Shown here one piece after another: positions 44,694-54,279 of a stretch of DNA of 63,326 nt. The notes under the pieces are model-generated. The model saw nothing but the letters and a program-made list of their open reading frames with translations. It made no database searches and had not been told where the DNA came from. Location: contig JAPLUO010000214.1 in NCBI GenBank assembly GCA_026397595.1, positions 1 through 63,326 of the forward strand, read 5' to 3'. This DNA is from a candidate division WOR-3 bacterium (GTDB lineage Bacteria; Hydrothermota; Tepidihabitantia; Tepidihabitantales; Tepidihabitantaceae). Position numbers and translations under genes: made by a program. Within the stretch, counting starts at the first letter, position 1. Each line of letters starts with the position of its first letter.

Positions 44694-47600
44694 TTACTCC
44701 TTCAGGGCCGGCTCCGGTGCCGCCCGCAAAGCCGCGCGCAGCATTGCCCGGGTTTGCCGGCTGTTGAACCCGAGGTGCGACATCGCGCCGGACGGGCAGG
44801 CTGCGGTGCAGTTGCCGCAGCCTTTGCACAGCGCCTCGTTGACGCGGGAAACGGTCTTGCCGTCTTTTTCAACCAGCCCGGGAGCACCGTACGCGCAGAC
44901 TGAGACGCAAATCCCGCACCCGGCGCAGACAAGGTCGTTCACGACTGCGGTAGTCGCTCCGGCCTCGTACGTGTCCTTGGCGAGAATCGTGGCTGCGCGC
45001 GCCGCAGCAGCCTTGGCCTGGGCCACGGTCTCCTGGATGTTCTTGGGCGAATGAGCCAGGCCGGCCAGAAACACGCCCTCGGTCGCGAAATCCACCGGCC
45101 GCAGTTTGACGTGCGCCTCGAGAAAGAACCCGTCCTCGTTCAGCGGGATTTTCAGCATCCTTGAGACCACGGCCGCGTCGTCGTGCGGGACAATCCCCGA
45201 GGCCAGCACCACGAGGTCCGGGTTGATGCTCAGGGCCGCGCCCAGGATGGAATCCCGGGCCTTGACCACGAGCTTGTCGCCGTCGCGCTCGACCGTCGGC
45301 TTCTCCTCCGGCTCGTAGCGCACGAACACCACGCCTAAGTCTCTGGCCCGCTGGTAGTACTCCTCAAGGAACCCGTACGTCCGGACGTCCCGGCAGAGCA
45401 CGTACACGTTCACCTTCGGGTTGAGCTCTTTCAGCTTCAGCGCGTTCTTCACCGCGTCCTGGCAGCAGACGCGCGAGCAGTACGGCCGTTCCTCGTCGCG
45501 CGAGCCCACGCACTGAATCATCACCACGTTCTTCAGCCGGGCAAGCTGGGTCGCGTCCGCGTCGGCAATCCGCTGCTCCAGTTCGAGCTGGGTGATTACC
45601 CGGTCGTCCTCGCCGTACAGGTACTCCTTGGGCCGCGCCTCCCTGGCTCCGGTCGCCACGACCACGACTCCGTGCTCTACTTCGGGTTCGTAGTCCCGGC
45701 CGGCGAGCTTGATCTTAGTCTTGTAGTTGCCGATGTACCCTTGGATGGACTCCGCGCTCGCGCCCTTATAGACCTTGATACGCGGGTGGGTCTCAACCCG
45801 GGCCATCAGCGAGCCGAGATAGGCCTTGACGTCCGCGCCTTCGAGCGAGTAGCGCAGGTTCCGGGCGTTGCCGCCGAGCTCTTTCTCCCGCTCGATGAGC
45901 GTCACCTCGAACCCCTGCTCGGCAATAGACAGGGCCGAAACCATGCCGGCCAGCCCGCCGCCCAGCACCAGCGCCTTCTGGGTTACCGGCAGGACCACGC
46001 TCTTCAGCGGTTCCAGCAGCCCGGCCTTGGCCACCGCCATCTCGACCAGGCTCTTGGCCTTGGCCGTTGCCCGCTCCGGCTCCCGCATGTGAGTCCAACT
46101 GCACTGGTCCCGGATGTTCGCCATCTCGAACAGGTGCGGGTTCAAGCCCGCCTCGCGCAGCGTCTCCTGGAACAGCGGCTCGTGGGTTCTGGGCGTGCAG
46201 GACGCCACGACCACGCGGTTCAGCTTGTGCTCCTCGATGGCGGTCTTGATCTTATGCTGCGTGTCCTGAGAACAGGTGAACAGGTTCTCGTCCACGTGGA
46301 CCACGTCCGGCAGCGTGCGGGCGAATTCGGCCACGCCCGGCACGTCAACGGTGCTCGCGATGTTGATGCCGCACCGGCACACGAACACGCCGATTCTAGG
46401 GCGCTCGCCGGCCACGCTGCGCTCCGGCGGATAGGTTTTCTGAACGACCTCGGTCCCGCGGGCGTCGTGCATAATCTCGGCCGCGCCGCTTGCCGCCGCC
46501 GATGCCTGGGTCACTGTCTCGGGAATGTCCTTGGGCGCGGCCGCGGCTCCGCACACGAAGATGCCGGGCCTCGTGGTCTCGGTCGGGCAGAACCGCGCGG
46601 TCTGAAAGAACCGGTGCCGGTTCAGCCTGATGCCCAGCTTGTCCGCGAGTTCCGGCGCATCTGCGGGCGGGCTGAACCCGACCGACAGCACGACCATGTC
46701 GAACTCCTCGGTCTTCATCCCGCCGTTGCCCTCATTGGCGTAGTGCACGACGAGGTCGCCCGACTCCGGCCTCTCGTCCACCTTTCCCACCCGGGCCCGG
46801 ACAAACCTGACCCCCTGCTCCTTCTGCGCGCGCTCATAGTACCGGTCAAAATCCTTGCCGTGCGCCCGGATGTCCATGTAGAAGATGGTCGGCTCGATGT
46901 CGCGCGCGTGCTCCTTGGCGATGACCGCCTCTTTGATGCCGTACATGCAGCAGACCGAAGAGCAGTAGCTGTTGCCGGCTTCGTCGTCTCGGGACCCGAC
47001 GCACTGGACCCAGGCAATCCGCTTCGGGGCTTTCCCGTCGCCCGGGCGCTGGAGATGCCCGCCGAACGGCCCGGACGCGGCCAGAATGCGCTCGAACTGA
47101 ATGCTGGTGACTACGTTGGGGTACATGCCGAACCCGAACTCGTATTTCAGCCGCGGATTGTACTTCTCCGCCCCGTTCGCGAGGATGATTGCGCCAACGC
47201 CGATTTCCCGGTGCTGCGCCGGCATCTCGTGCACGACGGCATGCGCCTCGCAGACCCGCTCGCACTCCAGGCACTCTGAGCAGACTCCGCACTCAAGGCA
47301 GCGGCTCGCCTCAGCCAGCGCTTGCTCTTCGCTCAAGCCGAGCTCGCACTCCGCGAAATTCCTGACCCGCTTGCCGGCCGCCAGCACCGGCATCTGCTGC
47401 CGGGGCTTCTTCTCAACGAACTCCGGCAGTTCCTTCTCCGGCAATTCCTCGTTCGTTCGTCGTTCCTCGTCCTTTGTTCTTCGTCCTTCGCGCAGGTCCT
47501 CGCCCGCCAGATAGCGGCTGATGGAAACCGCGGCCTCGTTCCCGTGATGCACCGCCTCGACAATCGAAGCCGGCCCGCTCACAATGTCCCCGCCCGCAAA

Positions 47601-49358
47601 GACACCCGGAACGCTCGTCTCCAGCGTCACCGGGTCCGCCTCAATCCGACCCCGGGTCTGCTTGAGCGTCTCAAGACCTTCGAGCTGCGACCGCTGGCCG
47701 ATGGCGACGATGACCGTGTCGGCCGGGATGGTCTCACTTGCGCACTCCTTGTCGTACACCGGTGCGAAGCTGCCGTCGTCCGAGTACACCGAGGTACAGC
47801 GCATTGTCTCCACGCCGGTAACCCGGCCGTTCTTCGTGACGATTCTCTTCGGCCCGAGGCAGCAGCGGACCACAACGCCTTCCTCCTCGGCCGCCTCAAT
47901 CTCCCAGGCGTGCGCCGGCATCCGGTCCCGCGAATCGAGGTTGCGCGTCTCCAGGCACACCATGCTCACCTCTTCCGCGCCCAGACGGGCTGCGGTCCGC
48001 GCGCAGTCTACTGCCACGTTCCCGCCGCCGATAACCACGACCTTCCGGCCCAATCCCTCAATCTTGGCCCCGCGCTTCACCTGTCGCAGGAAATCCAGAC
48101 CCAGCAGCACGCGTGTCTTTGTTCCTCGTTCCTCGTTCTTCGTTCTTCCGTCTTCTCCTGGCAGCTCGGCCCCGGCCTGGCATCCGACCGCGACATACAC
48201 GGCGTCGTGGCGCTTCTTGAGTTCGTCAATCGTCACGTCACGGCCGACTCTCGTTCCCCGCTTCAACTCAATCCCGGCCTCAAGAATCCGTTCAATGTCC
48301 TGCATCGCGCACGCTTTGGGGATGCGGTACTCAGGCAGGCAGGACACGAGCATCCCGCCCGGCTCGCCGGCCTCGTCATACACCGTCACCGCATAGCCCT
48401 GGTCGCGCAGCCGCAACGCGCAAGTGAGGCCCGAGGGCCCCGCGCCCACGACGCCGACCGTTTTCTTGCTGGTTATCTCCGCCTTGGCGCTCTTCGCGGC
48501 TTCCCCTCCGCTCCTCTCCGCCCCTTCGTCATTTCCCCTTTCCCCTTCTCCCTTGGCACTCTTGGCGTCCTTGGCGGTTTCCCCTCCGGCGTTCTCCGTT
48601 CCTCGTTCTTCGTACTCCCTGTCCGCGATGAACCGCTTAATCGCCGCAATCGCTATCGGCTCATCGTACTCACCGCGCCGGCAGTTGGCCTCGCACGGAT
48701 GATGGCATACCCGGCCGCATATCGAGACGAACGGATTGTGCTTCCGGACCAGTTCGTACGCTTCGTGGTACTTCTTCTCACGCACCAGCGCCACATAGCC
48801 CTGGGCGTGAACCCCGGCCGGGCACGACACCTGGCACGCGGGCCGCGCCTTCTTGTCAATGGAGAACGCACTCGGGTAGGCCTGCGCGAAGAGGCGGTAT
48901 GCCGCCCGCCGGTCCACAAGCTGCTCGTCGAACTTCGACGGCAGCTTGACCGGGCAGACCTTCTCGCACTCCCCACACCCGGTGCACTTCGCCGGGTCGA
49001 CGAACCGCGGTCGCTTCAGCACCTTGACCCGGAAGTCGCCGGCCTCGCCGGTTACCGCTTCGATTTCCGCGCCCGACAACAGTTCGATGTTAAAGTGCCG
49101 GCCGCACTCCACCAGTTTCGGGGACATGATGCACATCGCGCAGTCATTGGTCGGAAACGTCTTGTCGAGCTGGGCCATGATGCCGCCGATTGCCGGCCCG
49201 CGCTCGAGCAGATAGACCTTGAACCCCGCGTTCGCCAGGTCGAGCGACGACTGGATGCCCGCGATTCCCGCGCCGACGACCAGCACCGCTCCGGGCTTGC
49301 CGCCTCGGCCTGACCTCTCCGTTCCGCCGGCCGTCATTGGAACTTGCTCCTTCGTCAT
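44694..49358 (-). CDS. HdrL-like giant fusion: an HdrA module split by a GltD/NfnB-like NAD(P)H oxidoreductase insert, followed by a second HdrA module
   Basis: The first HdrA module has an FAD fold (VVGAGIAGIQ) and TFPTNDCAMCI. The GltD-like insert has SCPAG...ICGRVCHHPCE.NCRRG and VVGAGPSGL...GGGNVAVDCART...AGGD. The first module continues with QCVGSRD...YCSSVCC. The second module has GVFVCRCG...ASCTPRTHE...QCVGSRD...CSRVCC and terminal ferredoxin motifs. Confidence 0.85.
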   Translation of the reverse strand: MTKEQVPMTAGGTERSGRGGKPGAVLVVGAGIAGIQSSLDLANAGFKVYLLERGPAIGGIMAQLDKTFPTNDCAMCIMSPKLVECGRHFNIELLSGAEIEAVTGEAGDFRVKVLKRPRFVDPAKCTGCGECEKVCPVKLPSKFDEQLVDRRAAYRLFAQAYPSAFSIDKKARPACQVSCPAGVHAQGYVALVREKKYHEAYELVRKHNPFVSICGRVCHHPCEANCRRGEYDEPIAIAAIKRFIADREYEERGTENAGGETAKDAKSAKGEGERGNDEGAERSGGEAAKSAKAEITSKKTVGVVGAGPSGLTCALRLRDQGYAVTVYDEAGEPGGMLVSCLPEYRIPKACAMQDIERILEAGIELKRGTRVGRDVTIDELKKRHDAVYVAVGCQAGAELPGEDGRTKNEERGTKTRVLLGLDFLRQVKRGAKIEGLGRKVVVIGGGNVAVDCARTAARLGAEEVSMVCLETRNLDSRDRMPAHAWEIEAAEEEGVVVRCCLGPKRIVTKNGRVTGVETMRCTSVYSDDGSFAPVYDKECASETIPADTVIVAIGQRSQLEGLETLKQTRGRIEADPVTLETSVPGVFAGGDIVSGPASIVEAVHHGNEAAVSISRYLAGEDLREGRRTKDEERRTNEELPEKELPEFVEKKPRQQMPVLAAGKRVRNFAECELGLSEEQALAEASRCLECGVCSECLECERVCEAHAVVHEMPAQHREIGVGAIILANGAEKYNPRLKYEFGFGMYPNVVTSIQFERILAASGPFGGHLQRPGDGKAPKRIAWVQCVGSRDDEAGNSYCSSVCCMYGIKEAVIAKEHARDIEPTIFYMDIRAHGKDFDRYYERAQKEQGVRFVRARVGKVDERPESGDLVVHYANEGNGGMKTEEFDMVVLSVGFSPPADAPELADKLGIRLNRHRFFQTARFCPTETTRPGIFVCGAAAAPKDIPETVTQASAAASGAAEIMHDARGTEVVQKTYPPERSVAGERPRIGVFVCRCGINIASTVDVPGVAEFARTLPDVVHVDENLFTCSQDTQHKIKTAIEEHKLNRVVVASCTPRTHEPLFQETLREAGLNPHLFEMANIRDQCSWTHMREPERATAKAKSLVEMAVAKAGLLEPLKSVVLPVTQKALVLGGGLAGMVSALSIAEQGFEVTLIEREKELGGNARNLRYSLEGADVKAYLGSLMARVETHPRIKVYKGASAESIQGYIGNYKTKIKLAGRDYEPEVEHGVVVVATGAREARPKEYLYGEDDRVITQLELEQRIADADATQLARLKNVVMIQCVGSRDEERPYCSRVCCQDAVKNALKLKELNPKVNVYVLCRDVRTYGFLEEYYQRARDLGVVFVRYEPEEKPTVERDGDKLVVKARDSILGAALSINPDLVVLASGIVPHDDAAVVSRMLKIPLNEDGFFLEAHVKLRPVDFATEGVFLAGLAHSPKNIQETVAQAKAAAARAATILAKDTYEAGATTAVVNDLVCAGCGICVSVCAYGAPGLVEKDGKTVSRVNEALCKGCGNCTAACPSGAMSHLGFNSRQTRAMLRAALRAAPEPALKE

Positions 49359-49368
49359 TGCCGCGCCC

Positions 49369-50505
49369 CTACGCCCTCAACTGGCTGAGCCGCTTCTCAC
49401 CGCGGCTCCGCTTCTTCTCGGCCGCGGCCTCAATCAGCCCCAGGATTCTGGCTCGCTCCGCCCGCTCGGCGTCGCGGCCCTTGCCCCGACCCTCTCCCCG
49501 GCGCTCCTCGATGTAGCCGCGGCGCACGGCTTCGGTGAAGACCCGCTTCCCGCCGATGCTCCGTATCAAAGTCGTGGTGTAGCCGTCGGGCGAGCCAAGG
49601 CCGCCGACCGCGATGTCCGCGTACTCGTTCGCGAAATCCACGCACGCCAGACACGCCGGCCGGGCAATCGTCTCGATCTCGTCCAGCGGGATGTGCATGG
49701 TGATGCCCGACTTCATCTTCAGGACGAAGTCGTCTTTGATGTTCACCTTGGCCACGTCCCTCATGTCCAACTGGTGTTTCCGGGCGAACTCTCTTTCCAT
49801 CAACTCGTTCAGGGCAAAACTCTGCATGCAGAACAGGCCCACGGCAAACGTGACCACGTCGGCCGGCAGGATTCGCAGCACCTGCATCTTCCGAATCGAC
49901 TCGATCTGGCACGGAGTCCCGACCACGGCCAGTTTGATGACCGACTTGGGCGCAAGCTCCCTGATGGTCGGGATAATCGAAACATAGGTCGAGTATTCGG
50001 ACCCGACGTGCTCAAGATGGCTGGTTTCCGCCCAGTGGGAACCGGCGGCGCGCAGCAGCGCCTCGCGCGAGGTCGCGACCACGGCCCGGCGGTCGAACAG
50101 CCCGGTCCGCTCTGATACGATGGCACCGTCGATCAGCCCGGACTCAAGCATGAACAAAAGCAGCCCGGTGACCACGCCGCCGTCGGTTGCGGCCTTCTGG
50201 ACCTCCGGGTCGGTCGCCCGGGCCGAGAGTACGTCTTGGCACAGGCCGACCGGCTCGCTCCAGCCGAACTTCTCCCGGACTTCCTCTTTCAGCGGGTGGG
50301 TCTGCGGGCAGATGAGGTAGCAGATGCCGCACTCCAGGCACTTGTCCCGGTTGGCATAGCGCGGGAATCCATCCTTGCCCATCTCCAGCGCGCCGATGCG
50401 GTCCGCGGAGCAGAACGATACGCACCCGCCGCAGCGATTGCAGAGCTTCCGCTCCACCACTTCCTTGAGCAGGGTGTCGAAACTCGCCTTCTCCTTCAGT
50501 TTCAT
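49369..50505 (-). CDS. FrhB/FdhB/FpoF-family protein (F420 hydrogenase/dehydrogenase beta-like FeS flavoprotein)
   Basis: N-terminal 2x[4Fe-4S] motifs (CNRCGGCVSFC..., CLECGICYLICP). ...ATDGGVVTGLL... and ...VVGTPCQI... family motifs. Confidence 0.75.
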   Translation of the reverse strand: MKLKEKASFDTLLKEVVERKLCNRCGGCVSFCSADRIGALEMGKDGFPRYANRDKCLECGICYLICPQTHPLKEEVREKFGWSEPVGLCQDVLSARATDPEVQKAATDGGVVTGLLLFMLESGLIDGAIVSERTGLFDRRAVVATSREALLRAAGSHWAETSHLEHVGSEYSTYVSIIPTIRELAPKSVIKLAVVGTPCQIESIRKMQVLRILPADVVTFAVGLFCMQSFALNELMEREFARKHQLDMRDVAKVNIKDDFVLKMKSGITMHIPLDEIETIARPACLACVDFANEYADIAVGGLGSPDGYTTTLIRSIGGKRVFTEAVRRGYIEERRGEGRGKGRDAERAERARILGLIEAAAEKKRSRGEKRLSQLRA

Positions 50506-50512
50506 CGTCGGC

Positions 50513-50983
50513 TCACGCCTTGGCGGCAATCCGCTTGTCCACCATCGCCTTGATCTTCTCGCCCTGCTTCTTTTCCGGGTTCAGCGCGTACTTGATGATG
50601 TTGCAGCGCAGGTCCTGGGTAAACCGGTCCAGGTCGTCAATCATCGCAAGCCGTTCCTTGGGCGCGTGGCCTTCCTTGACCGCCAGCTTGCGCAGCACCT
50701 CCATCACGTCGGCGAACTTGACGTTCTGCGGGCAGCGGGCATAGCAGGTGTAGCAGCGGGCGCACAGCCAGATGGTGTCCGAGGACAACACCTGCTTGCG
50801 CAGGCCGAGCACGGCCATCCGGATGATTTTGCGCGGGTCGTACTCCTCCATCACCTCCGCGACCGGGCAACTGGCGGTGCAGGTCCCGCAGGAGAAGCAG
50901 CGCTTGAAATTCTCGGCTCCCGGCTGGCTCGCAATCTCGTGTTTGAACTGGGAGTCGGATTCACTGAGGTTGATTTCTTCCAT
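50513..50983 (-). CDS. hdrC: HdrC-like 2x[4Fe-4S] protein
   Basis: CFSCGTCTASCP and CARCYTCYARCP motifs in an HdrC-sized protein. Confidence 0.7.
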   Translation of the reverse strand: MEEINLSESDSQFKHEIASQPGAENFKRCFSCGTCTASCPVAEVMEEYDPRKIIRMAVLGLRKQVLSSDTIWLCARCYTCYARCPQNVKFADVMEVLRKLAVKEGHAPKERLAMIDDLDRFTQDLRCNIIKYALNPEKKQGEKIKAMVDKRIAAKA

Positions 50984-50995
50984 TTTGGCTCCTCT

Positions 50996-51826
50996 CTAGA
51001 CCCCTTCCGGCAGGCTGGCCAGCTCGGCATAGGAGAATACCGGGCCGTCGGTGCAGACGTACCTGGGTCCGATGTTGCACCGGCCGCACTTGCCCACGCC
51101 ACACTTCATTCTGCGCTCGAGCGAGGTGTAAATCCGGTCGCCGGGGAACCCGAGGTCCAGCAGCACCGGCATTGTGTACTTGATCATCACCGGCGGGCCG
51201 CAGACTACTGCCCAGCCGTCTTTCGGGCTGGGCCTGACCTTCTCGGTCACGGTCGGCACGAATCCGACCGCCTTGTCCCAGCCTGCGGCCGGCTGGTCAA
51301 TCGTCAGGTGGACCTCGACGTCGCCGCGCTTTCCCCATTCGGCGAGCTCGTCGCGGTACAGGAGCAGTCCGGGCCGGCGCGCGCCGTAGATGACCGTGAT
51401 GTCGCCGTAGTCGCTGCGGTTTGCCAGCAGGTAGGCGGCCAGAGACCGGAGCGTGGTGAAGGCGAACCCGCCGCCGACCAGCACCACGTTCTGGCCCTTG
51501 AACTTCTCGACCGGGTAGTGATTGCCCAGGGGCCCGCGCAGGCCGAGTTCCTCGCCTTCCTTGAGATAGTGCAGCGCGGTCGTGACGGTCCCGACCCGGT
51601 TGACCGTGAACCGGAGGGACTCCCTTTCGGTCGGCGAGGACGCGATGCCGAACGCCGCCTCGCCCTTGCCCAGTATCGAAAGCTGGCAGAACTGGCCCGG
51701 CAGGTACTCGAACGGCTCGGTATCGTCCCCGAACGCAAGGTCGAACGTCCGCAGGGTCCGGTCGTCGGACTCGACCCGGACGTTCTGTACTCTCACCGGA
51801 ATCGGGACGTACGAATTATCCGGCAT
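50996..51826 (-). CDS. FAD/NAD(P)-binding oxidoreductase with a C-terminal 2Fe-2S motif (sulfhydrogenase gamma HydG / FlxA / AsrB-like)
   Basis: ...PGQFCQLS..., ...LVGGGFAFTTL..., ...CGPPVM..., C-terminal CGVGKCGRC. Confidence 0.8.
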   Translation of the reverse strand: MPDNSYVPIPVRVQNVRVESDDRTLRTFDLAFGDDTEPFEYLPGQFCQLSILGKGEAAFGIASSPTERESLRFTVNRVGTVTTALHYLKEGEELGLRGPLGNHYPVEKFKGQNVVLVGGGFAFTTLRSLAAYLLANRSDYGDITVIYGARRPGLLLYRDELAEWGKRGDVEVHLTIDQPAAGWDKAVGFVPTVTEKVRPSPKDGWAVVCGPPVMIKYTMPVLLDLGFPGDRIYTSLERRMKCGVGKCGRCNIGPRYVCTDGPVFSYAELASLPEGV

Positions 51827-52919
51827 GCCTGACGTCCTTCGTTCCCGCCTCTTGGCGTTCTTGGCGGCCTTGGCGGTTCTCCTGCTTTCCGGACTTGCCT
51901 TCGACTTTCACCCGCTCAAGCACCAGCCGCACGTCGAAATCTGCCGGGCACAGCCGGATGCACCGGCCGCAGCCGACGCAGGCCGTCTCTCCGAAATTGT
52001 CTACGAAGTAACTGAACTTGTGCATGACGCGCTGCCGGATTCGCTCTTTGGCACTCGGCCTGGGGTTGTGCCCGGAGGCCTCCTTCGTGAACAGGGCCGA
52101 CTGGCAGGTGTCCCAGATTCGCACCCGCCGTCCCTGCATGGTGCCGGGCGCGGTCTCGTCCTGGACGTCGAAGCAGTGGCAGGTCGGGCACAGATAGGCG
52201 CAGGCTCCGCACGACAGGCAGCCAAGCGCGACCTCGTCCCAGAGTGCGCTGTCCCAGAGCGTTGCCAGTGCGGCCTTGACCCCGGAGAAATCGGCCGCCG
52301 GCGCCAGCGATTCCAGTGCCTTGCCGCGCACCTGTCCGGCCTTGTCCAGGTCGGCCTGACTCGGCCGCTGCACCTGGGATTTGTACGCCGCCTTGAGGAA
52401 TCGCTCGCCCTTGTCCGTGCACGACTCCGCGAGGAACGCATCGCCGATGTCGGTGAGCATGATGTCCGACCCCTGGGAGTCGAACGGGCCCAGGTTCATC
52501 GAGTTGCAGAAGCAGGTCTCAAGCGGCGTGCCGCACCCGAGGCCGATTATCAGGCTGTCGTCATGCCGCCGCTGCCATAGCGAGTCCCGGTACTTGCCCG
52601 TGCCGAACACCTTGTCCAGCAGGAGCAGGCTTCGGGCATCGCAGGGCCGGACCCCGAGAACAGCCGTCGGTTTGTCCCTGCCCGGCGGTGGCTCGCTCGT
52701 GGTTCCGTCATAGGACAAGAGCATTTCGGTCTGAGGGAAAAACGCCGCCTTTACCGGCCCGTCAAGCGCCGCGTCGAGCGCAAGCTCGTCCGCGCTCTTG
52801 ACCTCGCGCAGCACGGTCGCGCCGTCAACGTCAACCGGCCCGAACAACCGGTAGCGCGACGTGAGCGCCGAAACCAGTTGGTCCATGTCCTGCTTGGCGA
52901 TTCTGAGCGACGAGCTCAC
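51816..52919 (-). CDS. FeS protein (sulfhydrogenase beta HydB / FlxB / AsrA-like)
   Basis: ...VRPCDARSL..., CLSCGACAYLCPTCHCF, CVGCGRCIRLCP. The C-terminal ~30 aa are low-complexity word DNA. Confidence 0.75.
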   Translation of the reverse strand: MSSSLRIAKQDMDQLVSALTSRYRLFGPVDVDGATVLREVKSADELALDAALDGPVKAAFFPQTEMLLSYDGTTSEPPPGRDKPTAVLGVRPCDARSLLLLDKVFGTGKYRDSLWQRRHDDSLIIGLGCGTPLETCFCNSMNLGPFDSQGSDIMLTDIGDAFLAESCTDKGERFLKAAYKSQVQRPSQADLDKAGQVRGKALESLAPAADFSGVKAALATLWDSALWDEVALGCLSCGACAYLCPTCHCFDVQDETAPGTMQGRRVRIWDTCQSALFTKEASGHNPRPSAKERIRQRVMHKFSYFVDNFGETACVGCGRCIRLCPADFDVRLVLERVKVEGKSGKQENRQGRQERQEAGTKDVRHAG

Positions 52920-53851
52920 AGTATGAACTCCTGCTTATCTTCTTCGCCGTAGGTGGCCAAGGCCGGTGTCGCTTCCATGCTCAGGCCAGCGGTGTACCCG
53001 AAACGTTCGCGGACTTCCTGCTCAATCCGTTTGTTCAGCAGCCCGAGCCGGACCCCGAGCGGGCAGGCGCGCTCGCACGCGCCGCAGTCAACGCACCGGC
53101 CCGCGGTGTGCAGGGCGCGCACGAGGTGGAACAGGGTGGTGTCCGGCCGCTCCGCGCTCTTGCCGAACCACTGCGGGTTCGTCTGGTCAACAAAGCACTC
53201 TTCGCAGTAGCACATCGGGCAGGCGTTCCGGCAGGCATAGCAGCGGATGCACTTGGCCAGCTCGCGCTCGAACCACGCCCACCGGTCTGCCGGTGCCAGC
53301 TTCTCGAACTCAGCGACCCCGGCGAATTCGTCACCGGTTCTGGCCTCAGCCGGCTCGCCGACGAATACGTCATACACCGGCGGATTCGGATACCGGCACC
53401 GTCGGCACGAGTCTGACAGAACGCCGGACGCTTCACGCTCGACGCTCGACGCCTCCTGCACAGGGCGTCTGGCGTCGGACGGATGGCGTCGTGCGTCAAC
53501 CACTCCGCCACAGCCGACGCCGATAATCACGACCTGGTCGCGCTTAAGCTGGCCCTCGGCAACCTGCTGCACCAAGGCCCGGCCGTCGCAGCCTTTGGCA
53601 ACAACCGCGACTCTGGTGCCCGGCTGCGCGGCCCGGAGCGCCTTGCGCACGAAGGGGACCAGGCTGAGGCCGCAGGTATTGTCGAAAATCAGGCGGTCCA
53701 CGTCTTTCTCGTCCGTGATGACCGCGGGCCGGGTGCGCCGCCCGGACGAACCGCGCTCATATCCGATGACGAGGTCGGCCTTCTTCTCCTTCAGGAGTCT
53801 GCCGGCCGTCTCTTTGAGTTGCTGCCCGGTATCGGGCGCGCCGCGCTTCAC
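52916..53851 (-). CDS. FeS protein associated with MvhD/HdrA (FlxC-like)
   Basis: CIRCYACRNACPMCYC and CVDCGACERACP motifs. Start set at the GTG that overlaps the upstream mvhD-like stop (GTGA). Confidence 0.65.
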   Translation of the reverse strand: MKRGAPDTGQQLKETAGRLLKEKKADLVIGYERGSSGRRTRPAVITDEKDVDRLIFDNTCGLSLVPFVRKALRAAQPGTRVAVVAKGCDGRALVQQVAEGQLKRDQVVIIGVGCGGVVDARRHPSDARRPVQEASSVEREASGVLSDSCRRCRYPNPPVYDVFVGEPAEARTGDEFAGVAEFEKLAPADRWAWFERELAKCIRCYACRNACPMCYCEECFVDQTNPQWFGKSAERPDTTLFHLVRALHTAGRCVDCGACERACPLGVRLGLLNKRIEQEVRERFGYTAGLSMEATPALATYGEEDKQEFIL

Positions 53852-54279
53852 TGCCCGCCCCCTGCGGCCTTGACCAGCCGCTTGGCCGGCCCCAGCTTCT
53901 TCACGTCGTCCGTGACCCGGGCGACGACCTGCGCGAACTTCTCGCCCTCGCCCGCAGAAACCCACGCGAACTGAACCCGGCCCGGCTCGACGCCGATGAA
54001 CTCCAGCGCCGTCTTCAGTGTCGCGAATTTCCGGCGTGCGATGTAGTTGCCCGAAATGTAATGGCAGTCGCCCGGATGACAGCCCGATACCAGCACGCCG
54101 TCAAAGCCGTTCTCAAGGCTCTTCAGGACGAAGAGCGGGCTCACCCGGCCCGAGCAGGGAACACGCACGACCCGGACGTTGGGCGGGTACTGGATCCTCG
54201 ACACCCCGGCCAGGTCCGCGCCCGCATACGAGCACCAGTTGCAGAGGAAAGCGACAATCTTCGGTTCCCAGTCGTTCAT
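53848..54279 (-). CDS. second MvhD/FlxD-family protein
   Basis: IVAFLCNWCSYAGADLAG...PCSGRV...SGCHPGDCHY. Confidence 0.85.
   Translation of the reverse strand: MNDWEPKIVAFLCNWCSYAGADLAGVSRIQYPPNVRVVRVPCSGRVSPLFVLKSLENGFDGVLVSGCHPGDCHYISGNYIARRKFATLKTALEFIGVEPGRVQFAWVSAGEGEKFAQVVARVTDDVKKLGPAKRLVKAAGGGQ

Noticed and set aside
53845-53885. Apparent 1-nt discrepancy between my hand count of the printed sequence and the ORF-track frames of the mvhD-like and flxC-like genes (possible frameshift)
   Set aside because: Both ORF-track translations are mutually consistent and family-typical across the spot, so this is most likely my counting error. ORF-track coordinates were used.
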